Positions 47,926 to 59,888 of a DNA stretch of 64,000 bases are shown one piece after another. The DNA is taken from positions 1,674,001 to 1,738,000 of the forward strand of contig OZ251227.1 of the NCBI GenBank assembly GCA_965240325.2, read 5' to 3'. The notes beneath the pieces were generated by a model. It had not been told where the DNA came from, made no database searches, and saw only the letters and a program-made list of their open reading frames with translations. The position numbers were made by a program, and so were the translations under genes. How positions within the stretch are numbered: the first letter of the stretch is position 1; every line of letters begins with the position of its first letter. This stretch comes from Rebecca billardiae RCC1528. Taxonomy: Eukaryota > Protista > Haptophyta.

Positions 47926-50900
47926 GACCGCGTTCCGCGGTCTTTTTCCGTAGAACGAACGTAGTTCGGGGCCCGCGGTGCACCCTCCGTCGGCTGCTGT
48001 CTCAGTCTGACATGTGTAAGTGTAACAGTTCGCCTGAGCTGCCACCGCCAACTCAGTCACTGCCGCCCACCGGGCCGGCGGGCCGATGAGGACTGTCGCC
48101 GCGGGCCGCCGCGGGGACTAGCGGCCGGCGCGCGCGCGCAGGCAGGGCGAGGCCGAGAGGCGCTGGCGCGGCGCGAGCCGGCGCATGCGCGCGAGCGGGC
48201 GCACCTGCTTGAGGTACTCGCCCTGCGCCATGCGCTCGACGACGGGCCGCTGGTCGCTCAGCCGGCGCGCCTCGTGCCGGCAGAGCGAGAGCGCGCGCCA
48301 CTGCTGGCCCCGGCCTGCCGGCTGCGCAGCCGCGCACCAAGACCGACCGAGCGGAGCTCGGGGCGGTGGAACGAGGCGAGCGGCGCGTCGCGCCTGCCGC
48401 CGCGCGTGCGCGCCTGCTCCACTGCGCCGCCGTGCTCGCCCGCCGCCTCCTCCGCCGCGTCGGCCTCGAAGACGGCGGCTGCCAGCGGCAGGCTGAGCCG
48501 CGCGCGCTCACTCAGTGAGTCACTCACACTGTGAGTCACACCCGCGGTCGCCTCGACGGCCATCTATCCACAGCTGCTCGAGCTGCTGGAGGGCGCCGCG
48601 ACGATGGCGGCGCGGGCGCCCAGCGCGTCCGTTGCCGCGTCGCTCAGCTCGTCGAGCTCGGCGCCGCACTTCGCCAGCTTGGCGCCTAGCGCCTCCGCGT
48701 GTCACGTGCTCGTGCACGTCAGCCTGCTGATACGCCGCCGCCCATCGGCACTTCTGGCATCTGCGCGCGCAGCTGCTGCAGCTCGACGGCGGAGTCGTCG
48801 CGGCTGGCGGCGAGGGTGCGCACCGCGTCGATTGCCGAGGCCTGCAGCCCGGTGATCGCCGCGTCGACGCGCGCGGCGATTTCCCCACGCAGCTCCTCGC
48901 GCCACGTGGCCGCCGCTCGCGTGCAGGCAGCTGGGCGCCGCTGCGCGACCCAGGAACCGGCGCGCGTCGCAAGGCACTCCCTTGGACAGGCTCCGCAGTT
49001 GACGACCTCTTTCACCTCGGCACGTGCCTTAAGTAGCTCTCTGATCAAGAGTGCCTTGCGTGCCGGGTAGCTCTCTGATCAGTAGGTTACGACGCGGTGG
49101 ATTCATTCTCCTGATGGCTCATTGATGAATACCATTTGTCGTCACGAAGCGGTGGATTCGTTCTCCTGATGGCTCCTTGATGAATACCATTTGTCAGATG
49201 GCGACGATCAGGTAACGAGTGGTAAAGAGTCCGGTCATACGCGACCCGCTTCCTCTGCAATCCCAGCTTTCGGCATACGCGGGTACTACGATACATTATG
49301 GCCCGCGGTGAAGATAAATACGATGAGAGTCGTTGCGGCGGCGAGGCCATATTTATTTATTACTATGGTCACACATGAACGAGAGGCTACCCACAATTAC
49401 CCTGCCTGGCGCACTTGGGCGTGGGTTTCGTTGATTCCTCTGTTCACTATTCAAGACGGCGGACGCGCCCTTTTTCGACGCTAATGCACCTGTAAGGGAG
49501 TCTCAAAATCGAAACTCGGTCTCCTCCAGCCCTAAAAAATCGCCCCCCGTCCCTTTTTTCTTGATCAAAGATCTTTTTGAAACGTGGTTCGGGCCCGCTG
49601 GTGCGGGCTCCACGCTGCGCGCTCCGCCGCACCGCGGGCCATAACTACTATCGGATATCCCACTGCGATCCTATCCCATAGGATTCAATCCTATCACCTA
49701 TGGCATAGGATGGCCCCAGGGACGACTCAGCAGACGACATTTTCTCATGTTGCCGAATGGTACGATTGCACCTAGGGGTCGGTAGCAGTGCCGCCACCAT
49801 CCGCCAGAGCGAGCTTGTTGTGATTTTCGACCACCACCGCATGTTTTGGGCTCCACGGATGGAGCGCGTGAAGCCGTCGCGGCCGTTGCCGCCTTGCGAC
49901 TCCACGGTGGCAACGCCGACCAACATGTGGCACTTGTGATGACACCCAGCTTGATGCTCACACATCGTGGTTCACTGTGTTCGACCGGAGCCGTACGAGG
50001 TTCAATCACAATGCGTTTTGGTCCTCGCCAAGCATGGCATTGTACGTCACGCCGGGGCTGCGCGCACAAGCCGCTGCGGGTCGCTCGCGTCGTCAGGTGG
50101 TTGCGATCGAGCATCGGCGCGCATGTTGAGCAAGCCTCGGAGGTAGCCGGAACATCTTGCCATGCCGCGTGCGTGGATGGTATCGCACCTGTAGACACGC
50201 CATGCGTATGCCGCAGTCGATTTAGGCGACGCTCGACCCGCACGCTCTTGGATTCGTGGGCTGTGGTCCACAAGGACGGCCGCCACCATCGTGGAAGGTC
50301 CGTGGCCGCACGCACGATGGCGGTTGCCCTCTCTTCGCCCCGCCCCAGAATCGGTGTGCTACGGGCAGCAACGCGCCTGGCGGCGTGGGCGGCGGTGCGG
50401 GCGGCAGCGCGGGCATCCGGTGCGAGCACTCGCCTGCGCCGTCCGTGCCCAGGGTCGCCGCTCGGCTGCCAGGGGCGAGCAACTGACGCTGTCATGCCGA
50501 TCCTATGTAGCCGTCCCTGGCGCGGATCCTATGGCATAGGATCGCGCGCGCGCGCGGGGTCGCGCGCGCGCGCGCGCGACCGCCGTGGCAGTGGCGGCAG
50601 GCGGAGATGGTGTGTGTCGACAGCCGGTGGAGTTGTGTGTACGATATAGCAACACCGATGATCGTATGCGCAGAACTGAGCCGCTGGCGCTCTGGTGAAC
50701 TCATCCTATGCCATAGGATCAGATCCTATCTGTTGCAGTGGGATATCCGCAAGGGCTCGGGAAACTTGATCACTTCTAAATGTGAATAGTAAAATGCTCT
50801 CCCCGAGCGCGCCTGTCGCCTCGCAGGCCGCGCGTCTCAGCGCCCTCTCGCTCCGCTCTCCCCGAGGCTGAGCTCGCGGCCCGCCTGTCACCTCGCAGGC

Positions 50901-52031
50901 GCGCGCCACGGACACATGCGCGACGAGATCGCGGCGGGGGCGGCGAGATCGCGGCGGGGGCGACGGGCAACAACCTGCCCGCGGGCGCGTTCGTCACTCG
51001 AGGAGCAGCGCGCAAGGGCGAGCCGAGTCCGGAGCACGCGAGCTCGTCGCTCGCCGACCGGAGCAGAGCGCGCCGCCCGCCGCCGCCGAGCGAGCGGCGC
51101 GGCAGAGCTGATGAGCCGGATGCGCCCGGAGCTCGCGCGGCTGAAGGGCGAGCACGAGCACGCGAGCTCGCGCCTCGACGCCGAGCGCGAGCTCCTCCTC
51201 AACTCGGTCGACGGCGGCGCGGAGGTCCGGCAGCAGCGTGAGGACTCACAGACAGTGTGAGTGAGCCGCGCGCAGCTCAGCCTGCCGCTGGCAGCCGCCG
51301 TCTTCGAGGCCGACGCGGCGGAGGAGGCGGCGGGCGAGCCGAGCACGGCGGCGCGGTGGAGCAGGCGCGCACGCGCGGCGGCAGGCGCGACGCGCCGCTC
51401 GCCTCGTTCCACCGCCCCGAGCTCCGCTCGGTCGGTCTCGGTGCGCGGCTGCGCAGCCGGCAGGCCGGCGGGCCAGCAGTCTGCAGTGGCGCGCGCTCTC
51501 GCTCTGCCGGCACGAGGCGTGCCGGCTGAGCGACCAGCGGCCCGTCGTCGAGCGCATGGCGCAGGGCGAGTACCTCAAGCAGGTGCGCCCGCTCGCGCGC
51601 ACGCGCCGGCTCGCGACCAGCGGCCCTTCGTCGAGCGCATGGCGCAGCGCGAGCACCTTGCAAGCTGAAGCAGGTGCGCCCGCACGCGCGCACGCGCCGG
51701 CCCGGCGCCGCGCGGCGCCTCTCGCCCTCTCGCCCTGCGCGCGCCGCCGCCCCGCTTCCCCGCGCGGCCCGTCCGCGCCTCTCGCCCTGCGAGCGCGCCG
51801 CCCCGCTTCCCCGCGCGGCCCGTCCGCTGGTGTCCCATGCCACCCTTGGCCGTGCGCGCCCGCATACTCGCGCCGAGTCCGAGACTCGGTCTCGGGTCTG
51901 ACTCTCCCTCTCAGAGTGGCTGAACTGTCTTTCTGACTCGGACTGACTGACTCGTCAGTCTCATTCTCAACCACTGCGCCGCGGGCCCCGAACTGCGTTG
52001 GTTCTACGGAAAAGGACCGCGGAACGCGGTC
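47926..52031. mobile_element. Foldback element with GACCGCGTTCCGCGG termini and long inverted arms carrying coding-like fragments
   Basis: AT|GACCGCGTTCCGCGGTC...GACCGCGGAACGCGGTC|AT. Arm ~48180-48530 is inverted at ~51250-51610. A further end abuts head-to-head at 47865-47921. Confidence 0.7.
49652..50749. mobile_element. MITE with (CGGATAT)CCCACTGC termini and ATCCTATNNCATAGGAT subterminal palindromes
   Basis: 15-bp inverted ends at 49652-49666 and 50735-50749. Palindromes near 49668, 49697, 50526 and 50703. Confidence 0.75.
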
Positions 52032-53104
52032 ATACGGATATTGAATTGATGTGCCGTCAGACGAGAGCTTAATATATTAGTTATTAGAGCTCTACCCGCG
52101 TACACGTCAGACATTAAGCGGGGCGGGCCCGAAACTCGGTAGTGCGGCACTGTGACGTGACTGACGGCTACGAGTGCTGGACCTGGTCACAGCGAGAGTG
52201 CTGAGTGTTTAGTGCTGATTTCGGGCTGGATCATATGCGCCCTCTGGAGGGGTCTGGGGCCCGACACTCGACTTGTTCAGCTCACTGCGCGGCGTGCGGC
52301 GTGGCGCGGCGGCGTGCCGCGTGGCGCGCGCGGCAGGGCGCGCGCATCATGGTCGGCAGTGGAAACACAGCGAGAAACGCGCCTCGCTCCCACGCGCCAC
52401 GCGCTTTCGCACCCAGAATATCACACACGAGTCAAGCACGGACCGTGCACGAGCCGTCCGACGAGGAACCCGCACTGGGCCAAAGGGGCATCGGCAGCGG
52501 GCGGGGCGCGCGGGGTGAGCGGGGCATGAAAGCGACGCCGATGACCGTCGGGACCCGCCGCAGCCGTGCGCACCTGCGCTGAGTGAGAGTCCGTCGGATT
52601 GAACGCCTCGTGCGCAGCGGGCCCCGCTGCTCCGGCGAGCGGCGCCTGGCGCAAGGCAGCCCCTCCCGCTCGGCTTGCTGAGCCCTTGCCCCTTCACTTT
52701 CTCATTATGATTAGCGGGCTCAAACTCTAACTAGGCCGGACCAGGCGGGCGACGGCCCGGGAATACTCGGGTAGGCGGCGAGGCCATATATATGTCTAAG
52801 TTTTACTATATCTATGGTCACACATGAACGAGAGTCTACCCACAATTATACTTGGGCGTGGGTTAATCGTTTATCGTTGATTCCTCTGAATACAAACAAG
52901 CCGGATGTGCGGGCCTGTTTTGTGCCTAATGCATGCTGCTAAAGGGGGACTACTCAAAATTCGAAACTCGGTCTCCTCCAGCCCTGAAATTCGTCCCCGG
53001 GCCCGTCCCTGCTTTCTTGATCAAAGATCTTTTTGAAACGTGGTTAGGCGGCCCGCACTGCGGGCTCCACGCTGCGCGCTCCGCCCTGCACCGCGGGCCA
53101 TCAT

Positions 53105-56100
53105 TAGGTGGGCCCACTGAATTTATCGCGCACGTAAAAAAATGATTTTCACCCGAAAAGGGCCGCTCAGCGACCGTCAGCGTCGCCGCTGAACCTCTCT
53201 TCCGGACAGCCCCGACGGAGCCGCGGCGAGCACCGGATTCAGCGTCGAAGTTGGACGGTGTCGGGCCATCAGCAGGTCGACGGCGTCGACGCCCGCGCCC
53301 TCGGCGGCGCCATGCGGCACCCCGTCGCGCCCCGTCGCCATGGCGGTGAGTCCGGACGGGCGAGGGGAGCGAGTACCCGGACTCCAACGGCCGTCGCGAT
53401 TCAAAATTTGAACGTGGCATCTGGAACGACCAGTACACGAGCTGTGAGTTTGAATCGAGATGTGCAACTTCCCCCAACCTGCGAGCACCAGCGGCGTGGA
53501 CGAGCTGGGACAGCCGCGCGCGGTGCTGGGACAGACGTACGCAGGTGTGGTCGCGTCGTCGGGCTCGGCTTCACCACCTTCCGAGCCCCGCACCGCCGCC
53601 GCGCCGGCCGCCTGTGCGCGAGCGTCTGGCGGCGGCAAACAGGCCTCATCCGCCGTGGGAGCCACGGACAAGGTGTACGCGGTCGAGAAGGGCGCTCGGC
53701 AGTTCCTGGAGGAGTATCCATCGCCTACCGCCTCTGCTTCGCGCGCTGACCCACCCGAGAAGCTCGACTTCGCCTCCGCGCGCGCGCTTGACGGCGTCGT
53801 TCGCAGCATCTACAAGCCCAGGCCGAGCGATCGCGATCGTGAGATCAAGGCGCACCTCGAGAACGTGGGGATCTGCTCGCAGAAGGTGACGTTCTCGCTG
53901 GTGGTCGCGAACTTCTTTGGAGTCCCCCTCCGCCGTCCGATCAACAGCCAGCACGACCTCTACGGCACGCTCGGCGAGATGGGCCGTGCGCTGCAGGTCA
54001 AGGTTGACCGGCACTCGGCTGCGCTCGCACAGGTCAAGGAGACGGGCCGCAAGCGGAAGGCGTCGTCCGACGTGACGCAGGCGAAGTCGGAGAGCTGCGC
54101 CGCGCGCTTCGACGCCGGCGTCACGCGTGAGGCGTTTGCGCGCGTGCTGCCGCAGGCGCCGCCGGTTGCACTCGGCGGAGCCGCGCCGCGCCCCGCCGGC
54201 CAGCGCCCGGCTGCTGCTGCGAGCAGCACCCCGCGCTCGACGCCGCCGATCGCGGATGCGCACGGCCCGGCCGGCGCACCCGAGCCGCGGGATCTCGCGC
54301 GCAGCCAGTCGCTCGTGAAGACGGGCTCCGCCTCGGGCTTGGTGAGCTTCGAGGAGGCGCGCGCGCGCACGCGCGCGCAGCGGCAGCCGCCGCCCGAGCT
54401 GCAGCCGCCGAGGATCGCGGGCGATGCCGTGCGCATCAGCAGCGAGGGCAAGCGCCCGGACCTGCCGCTGTCGTACGAGGGGCTGTACTACAAGTGCGAT
54501 GCCGCCGTGACCAAGTGCCGCGCCATCGAGCTCGAGTGCGCCGCGCTCGGCGAGCAGCTCGAGCAGGCCGAGCAGCAGCTCGCGGCGGCCGCCGAGCGCG
54601 AGCTCGGCGCGACGCGCAAGCTCGAGGACGAGCGCAAGCGCTGGGAGCGCGAGCGCGCAGCGCACCAGAAGGACCTGGCCGCGGCCGAGCGGCGCGTGGC
54701 CGACGCGGTCAAGCAGAAGGATGAGATCGTGTTCGCCGCGGTGCGCAGCGACAGCAAGGCCGAGCACGCCTTCGAGCAGCTCGAGCAGCGGAAGAAGCAG
54801 CAGGCGGACGCGCTGAAGGAGGCGGAGCGCGCGCACGCGGAGCAGCTCGAGCAGCAGCGCGCGGCGCTGCAGGCGACGATCGACGAGCAGGCGGAGGAGC
54901 TGGCGAAGGTGCAGGCGGCGCTGGGCGAGGCGGTGAAGGCGGCCGACGCCGCGCGCATCGAGTCGGAGCGCGCCCGCGCCGAGACGCAGCGCACGGAGAA
55001 CGGGCTGAAGAGCAAGCAGAAGCAGCTCGTGGCCGCGAGGAAGGCGTGCGGGTATTGGCGGTCCGTCTCCACCAACCACTCCGAGAAGATCGAGACGCTC
55101 AAGGGCACGCTCGAGTCGCGGAAGCGGCTGCGAGGTCCGGAGATGCAGACGCAGCTGCGCCAGAGCGAGGCGAAGGTGGTGCAGCTCGAGGCGGACAAGG
55201 TGAAGCTCAAGGGCGACGCCGAGCGCGCAAACAGCAAGGCCAAGCGCGCGGCGGGCTCGGCGGCGTACGCCAAGTCCGAGGCCAAGCGTGAGGTGAAGAA
55301 TGCGCGCAGGCAGGCCGACGCGGAGTCGAAGAAGGCGGAGCGCAAGCTCCAGGAGGCGCGCGAGCAGGCTCTCGACCTCGAGCAGCGGATCATCGACCCG
55401 GCCGGTCTCGAGGACACGCAGCGCGAGCTTGCCGACGCGGAGGCGGCGCACAAGGCGGCGACTGCCCAGCGGGACGAGCTCAGCTCGCAGCTCCGCAAAG
55501 CCGAAGCCGAGGTGAAGAAGCTCAACCAGCAGCTCGGCGCGAGCCGCAGCGTGTCCAACCCGACCGCCAAGGACATGCGCAAGAGGAGTGAGTGCCGCGC
55601 CGCAGCGCGCGCGTGCGGCCGCGCGGCTGCGCGGCCGCGCGGCTGCGCGGCCGCGCGGCTGCGCGGCCGCGGACGGGCGTCGAGCGCGCCGCGGCCGCGC
55701 GTGGCCGGCTGCACCACTCACCCGCCCATCCCCCGCGTTGTGCGCCTCGCCGCCGCTCGCAGGGGCCGAGCTGCAGGCGGCGTTCCTCCAGTGCAACACC
55801 GAGTTGGGCATCGCCTCGAACAGGCTGACCCAGGCGGCCGAGACGCTGCTGCAGGCCGCGGGCATCAACATGGACGGCGCGCGCAGCAAGCGGGCGCGCA
55901 AGGACGGCAGCCGCGCCGTGGTCGGGATCCCGAGCCGCACGACGGCGCAGCGGCTTACTGCGCTCGGTGACCATGTCGCCGACTTCCAAGCCGCGGTCCA
56001 TATCTCCGCCGACCTCAACAAGGCCATCGAGCGCGGCGAGGGCCCGGAGGGCGTCGCTGGAGCCGCCTGCTTCGACGGCGCGGCGACTGCCGGCATGCAC

Positions 56101-59100
56101 TTCAACATGGCGACGCTCAAGACTGAGAGCGGCTCGTTGGCGCTGCACATCTTGCATACCGACGGACACGACACGGGCAAGGATATCGCCACGGGCTACT
56201 CGAAGGCGCTCAAGCAGATCGCCAAGGTCGTCGCGCACCTGACTGGCCTGGGCGTCGGGGCGATCGACGGCGTCGCGCTCGCCAAGAGCGATCTAATCTC
56301 GGAGCGGATCTTGAGCGTCGTCATCACGGACAGCGCCTCGGCCGAGCAGAAGGCGGCGGAGCAGCTCGGGATCATGAAGCAGGCGACTGCCTTGGCGGAC
56401 GAGCAGAAGGATATCGCGCTCGAGCTGGCGCGCGCGCTCGACGGGCAGGCCGGCAGCTTCACCGTGACCGTGGTGGATGAGCAGGGCCAGACGGTGCAGC
56501 AGTCCTTCAACGTCGCGGCGGCGCAGCTCGCTAGCGACGGCGCGCCGGCGACTGGCAACGAGGGCGGCAGCACCGCCGAGACCACGCGGCCGGACGAGCG
56601 CGCCGGCGCCGATCCGATGGAGGTGCAGGCGGAGGCGGAGGCGGAGGCGGAGGAGGAGGAGAAGGCGCCCGAGCCCGAGCGGCGCGCGAACGCAATCGCG
56701 GAGGAGCTCTTGACAACGCACGGCGACCTGATCGAGGCGATCCGCCTGTATCGCCGCCGTCCGACGGCGGAGCGGCGGCAGCGCGTGCTCGACAAGCTTG
56801 AGTACATCAACTGCCTGCTGCACGCGGTGATGCACGCGCTGACCGCGGGCTCGGACGCCGTCGAGGACGCGCTGCTGCAGGTGCTGCCCGCCGGGTTTAT
56901 CGACGGGGAGTACACGAGCCTGAGCGGGCACCAGCCGTCCGCGACCAAGGACGGTGCGCGCGATGCCCGTCGTGCGCCGCTCTCAGCGCGGACGCAGCAG
57001 CACACACTCACCTCGCGCGCGCGCCCCGCCGCGTCCCGCCCCGCCCCGCCCCGCCCGGGTCTGCTCTGCCCGGACCCGCCGCCCCGCGCCGCCCCGCCGC
57101 GTCTCGGCCCGCCTCGGTCCGCAGGTAAGGTGCAGAAGGACAGCGGCGGCTACTCGCTGCGCACGCGGCCGCTCAACCACCTGATCCACACGCTCACCAA
57201 GATGTTTGCGCGCGTCGCGACGAAGGACTGGAGCCTCTTCGAGCGGTTCATCAAGTTCGTCATTGACTACAACAACGAGCGCGATGACGGCATCCGCTGG
57301 ACCGCGGACCAGATCCGCGGCCTCGTCACCGGCTTTGGGCGCACGTGCGGCGCGCGTGGTGGCGCGACCACTCTGGTGCGCGCCGCGCCGCGCCGCGCCA
57401 CGCCGCGCCGCGCCGCAAGAGCGCGGCTGAGCGGACGCACGCGCGCGCGGCTGGCCCCGCGATCGGCGCTGCCCCGCAGAACTGCACGGCGGCGTGCCGG
57501 CTCATGTACCTCTGGATCCTCTTCACCGAAGACGAGCTGGCATGCGGCGAGAAGCTGTCGGCCTCGCACCGCTACTCGTACAACTGCCTGACGCGGCCCG
57601 AGTACCAGGCGGCCATCTACGCCAAGGGCATCTGCGGCCCGTTCTTCTACACGCAGGTGCTCGCCGAGCTGCACCGCGTGGAGAGCGAGGGCACCGTGGC
57701 CACCGAGCTGCAGGACGTCTGCACGCGCGTGTACGAGGTGGCCAAGTCCATCGGCGTGGACGCCACCCGCTTCATGCGGCGCGAGGTGGATCTCTTCGCG
57801 GGACGCAAGCGGATGGCGATGGTGGACGAGCTGCTCCGTGAGCGCTGCGAAGCTGAGCGGCGCGGCGCGCACGGCGTGCACTGGGAGCAGTGCAATCTCA
57901 CGAAGCGCTTCATCGAAGTCTTTTGCGCCGCGTTCGCCACTCGCTTCAACCACTTCACCGTGCGCTGGCAGCTCGAGCTCGCGACGCCCGACGATCCGCT
58001 CGCCGACCTGCTCGGCTCGATGCGCGACCTGGACGAGCAGCGCGCGCTCGCGCTGCGCAACGCGCACACGACCGGTGCGCCGTGTGAGCGCATCGCAGGT
58101 GAGTGCGCGGCCAGCGCGCACGCGCTGCGCGTGCGACTCTCGCCGCGCGCGCAGCTGACACCCTGCGTGTCCGGGCCCGCGCGCCTCGCTCAGGGATGCT
58201 CGGCGAGGCGCAGCGCACGGGGCGCACGACGAACGCGCACCACCTCGCGAGCAAGGTGCGCGCGAAGGCGAACAAGACGGGCACCTTCCTCATTGGCCTG
58301 CGCCCGGAGGAGAGGAAGCTCGCCTTGAAGGTTTCCCGCAAGTTCAAGCGGCAGGATGACGCCGTCAACGGCAGCACGCTCATCGGCCGCCTCGCGCGCC
58401 ACGCGGCGCTCTCGCGGCCGAAGAAGCTCGAGCGCAAGGCCAAGCTGACGGCCAAGCGCGACAAGGAGGAGCAGCACAAGAATCGGATCGTCGAGGAGGT
58501 GGCGCCGTCGCGCGTGACGCGCTGGTCGCAGCTCGCTCCGGCGGAGAGCGCGCTGTCGGCGCCGGCGCTCCTCGACCAGATTGACGTCTTCCGCTTCGTC
58601 GACAAGTCCAAGGTCGTGCCCAAGTCGAGGTCGGGCAAGAAGGAGAAGCTGATGGGGATGCTCGCCGACCTCGTCGTGGGCAAGTATGGCGAGGCGGCCA
58701 AGGACGTGCCGTACGCCCAGCTGATGGAGTCGGCGGGCCGGGTGCGCGCCGCGCCGCTCAGCTGTGCCGGCGCGTGCCCTCGCCGTAGCGCGCGTGCCTC
58801 GCGTGTCTGATCGCTGCTCGCGCCCGGTGCCCACACCCCATCGCGCGCTCGCAGAAGGGCGCTCCGCGCCGGCGCGGCACTGGCGAGCCCGCGGCCAAGC
58901 GGCGGCGGGCGCCGAAGCCGAAGCGGAGGCAGTACTGGGACATCACGGGCCTGCACGACTTCCGCATGGGCGCCACGGGGCCGGAGGTGCTCGTGGGCTG
59001 GGAGCCAACCGACGAGGTGGACGAGGACGGCTACGCGATCGAGGACGACGACGGCCGGCCCGAGCTCAAGCACTGGCCGCCCTCCTGGCAGCCGCTCTCC

Positions 59101-59888
59101 GACCTCTCGAACGACGCTGAGACCATGGCGATGCTCGACCAGCTCCTCAAGGTGGCCGACGGCGAGGCGCTCATCGCGTGGGACGACAAGGTGCAGGCGC
59201 TGATCGACTCTCCGCTCGAGGTGGGCACGCGCGTCATCGTGCAGCTGCCCGTGTCGTCCGACTCGGAGGACACGGACACCTTCTCGGGCGTCATCAAGAG
59301 CGTCGACCAGAGCGCCGACAAGTATGTCGTGGAGCCCGTCGGTGCCGAGCCGCGCGCCGTCCCGCGCGAGGCGATCTTGTCGAAGGCGCCGCCGCCGTCG
59401 ACGGCCAAGAAGGGGCTGTTCGTGCGCGCGCTGCTGGAGACTGAGATCGACGACGAGGCGTGTCGCGTCTGGAGCTACGGCAAGCTCAGCAAGCTGCTCA
59501 GCGGCAACGAGGTGGCGGTCGTCCGCACCGCGCTCGATGACGCGGACGCGCTGGTACCTGTGTACGATCTGCAGGATGCGCGCACGGGCGAGTGGCTGAC
59601 GACTCTCTGACGCCGGATCCGGCCGTGAGAGCGCCGAGGCGGCCGCCGCGGCGAAGTCTCGCGCCGCCGCTGCCCCCACCGACTGCTGCCGAACGGGTCG
59701 CGTGGGGCCGCGCGGCCGCGCGCTTGGCGCGCGGCCGAGCACAATCCTCTGATGACTGCACCAACGTGTCTGATTGGTCCCATTAGGTACCTAGAGTCAT
59801 AAACCAGTCCAAGTTTGAGCGTCTGACCCTCGTAGACAGGCCTCCAACAGTGGCGCGCCAGCCTCACAGCGGCCAGTGGGCCCCCCTA
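53105..59888 (+). mobile_element. Complete autonomous hAT-like (hATw-type) DNA transposon
   Basis: TIRs TAGGTGGGCCCACTG (53105-53119) and CAGTGGGCCCCCCTA (59874-59888) match 14/15. 7-bp TSD CCATCAT at 53098-53104 and 59889-59895. Encloses the transposase gene. Confidence 0.9.
53460..59610 (+). CDS. ~1830-aa DDE transposase with N-terminal coiled coil and C-terminal chromo-like plus tandem Tudor-like domains
   Basis: Exons 53460-55587, 55763-56953, 57125-57375, 57480-58098, 58194-58741 and 58855-59610 sum to 5493 nt in frame. Motifs CFDG (D 56074), VITDSAS (D 56329), CLLH (56812), TGAPCERIAG (E 58086), NKT..FL. An alternative first exon from ATG 53312 is possible. Confidence 0.85.

Larger units (their letters stand above)
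47163..53099. mobile_element. Non-autonomous element(s) with GGCCCGCGGTG termini and AT flanks (ISL2EU-like); ~170-bp inverted ends; contains nested elements
   Basis: AT|GGCCCGCGGTGCAGGGCGGAG at 47163 is inverted at 53099|AT. The same end occurs at 49640 and 24018. A short copy spans 49300-49640. Pairing of the ends is ambiguous. Confidence 0.65.

Noticed and set aside
49094-49195. C/D snoRNA or hammerhead ribozyme in a 47-bp direct duplication
   Set aside because: TGATGA and CTGA words are present but without correct box order, terminal stem or catalytic core.
53646-59742. Long minus-strand ORFs (848, 595 and 409 aa)
   Set aside because: Antisense shadows of the spliced transposase with no recognisable motifs.
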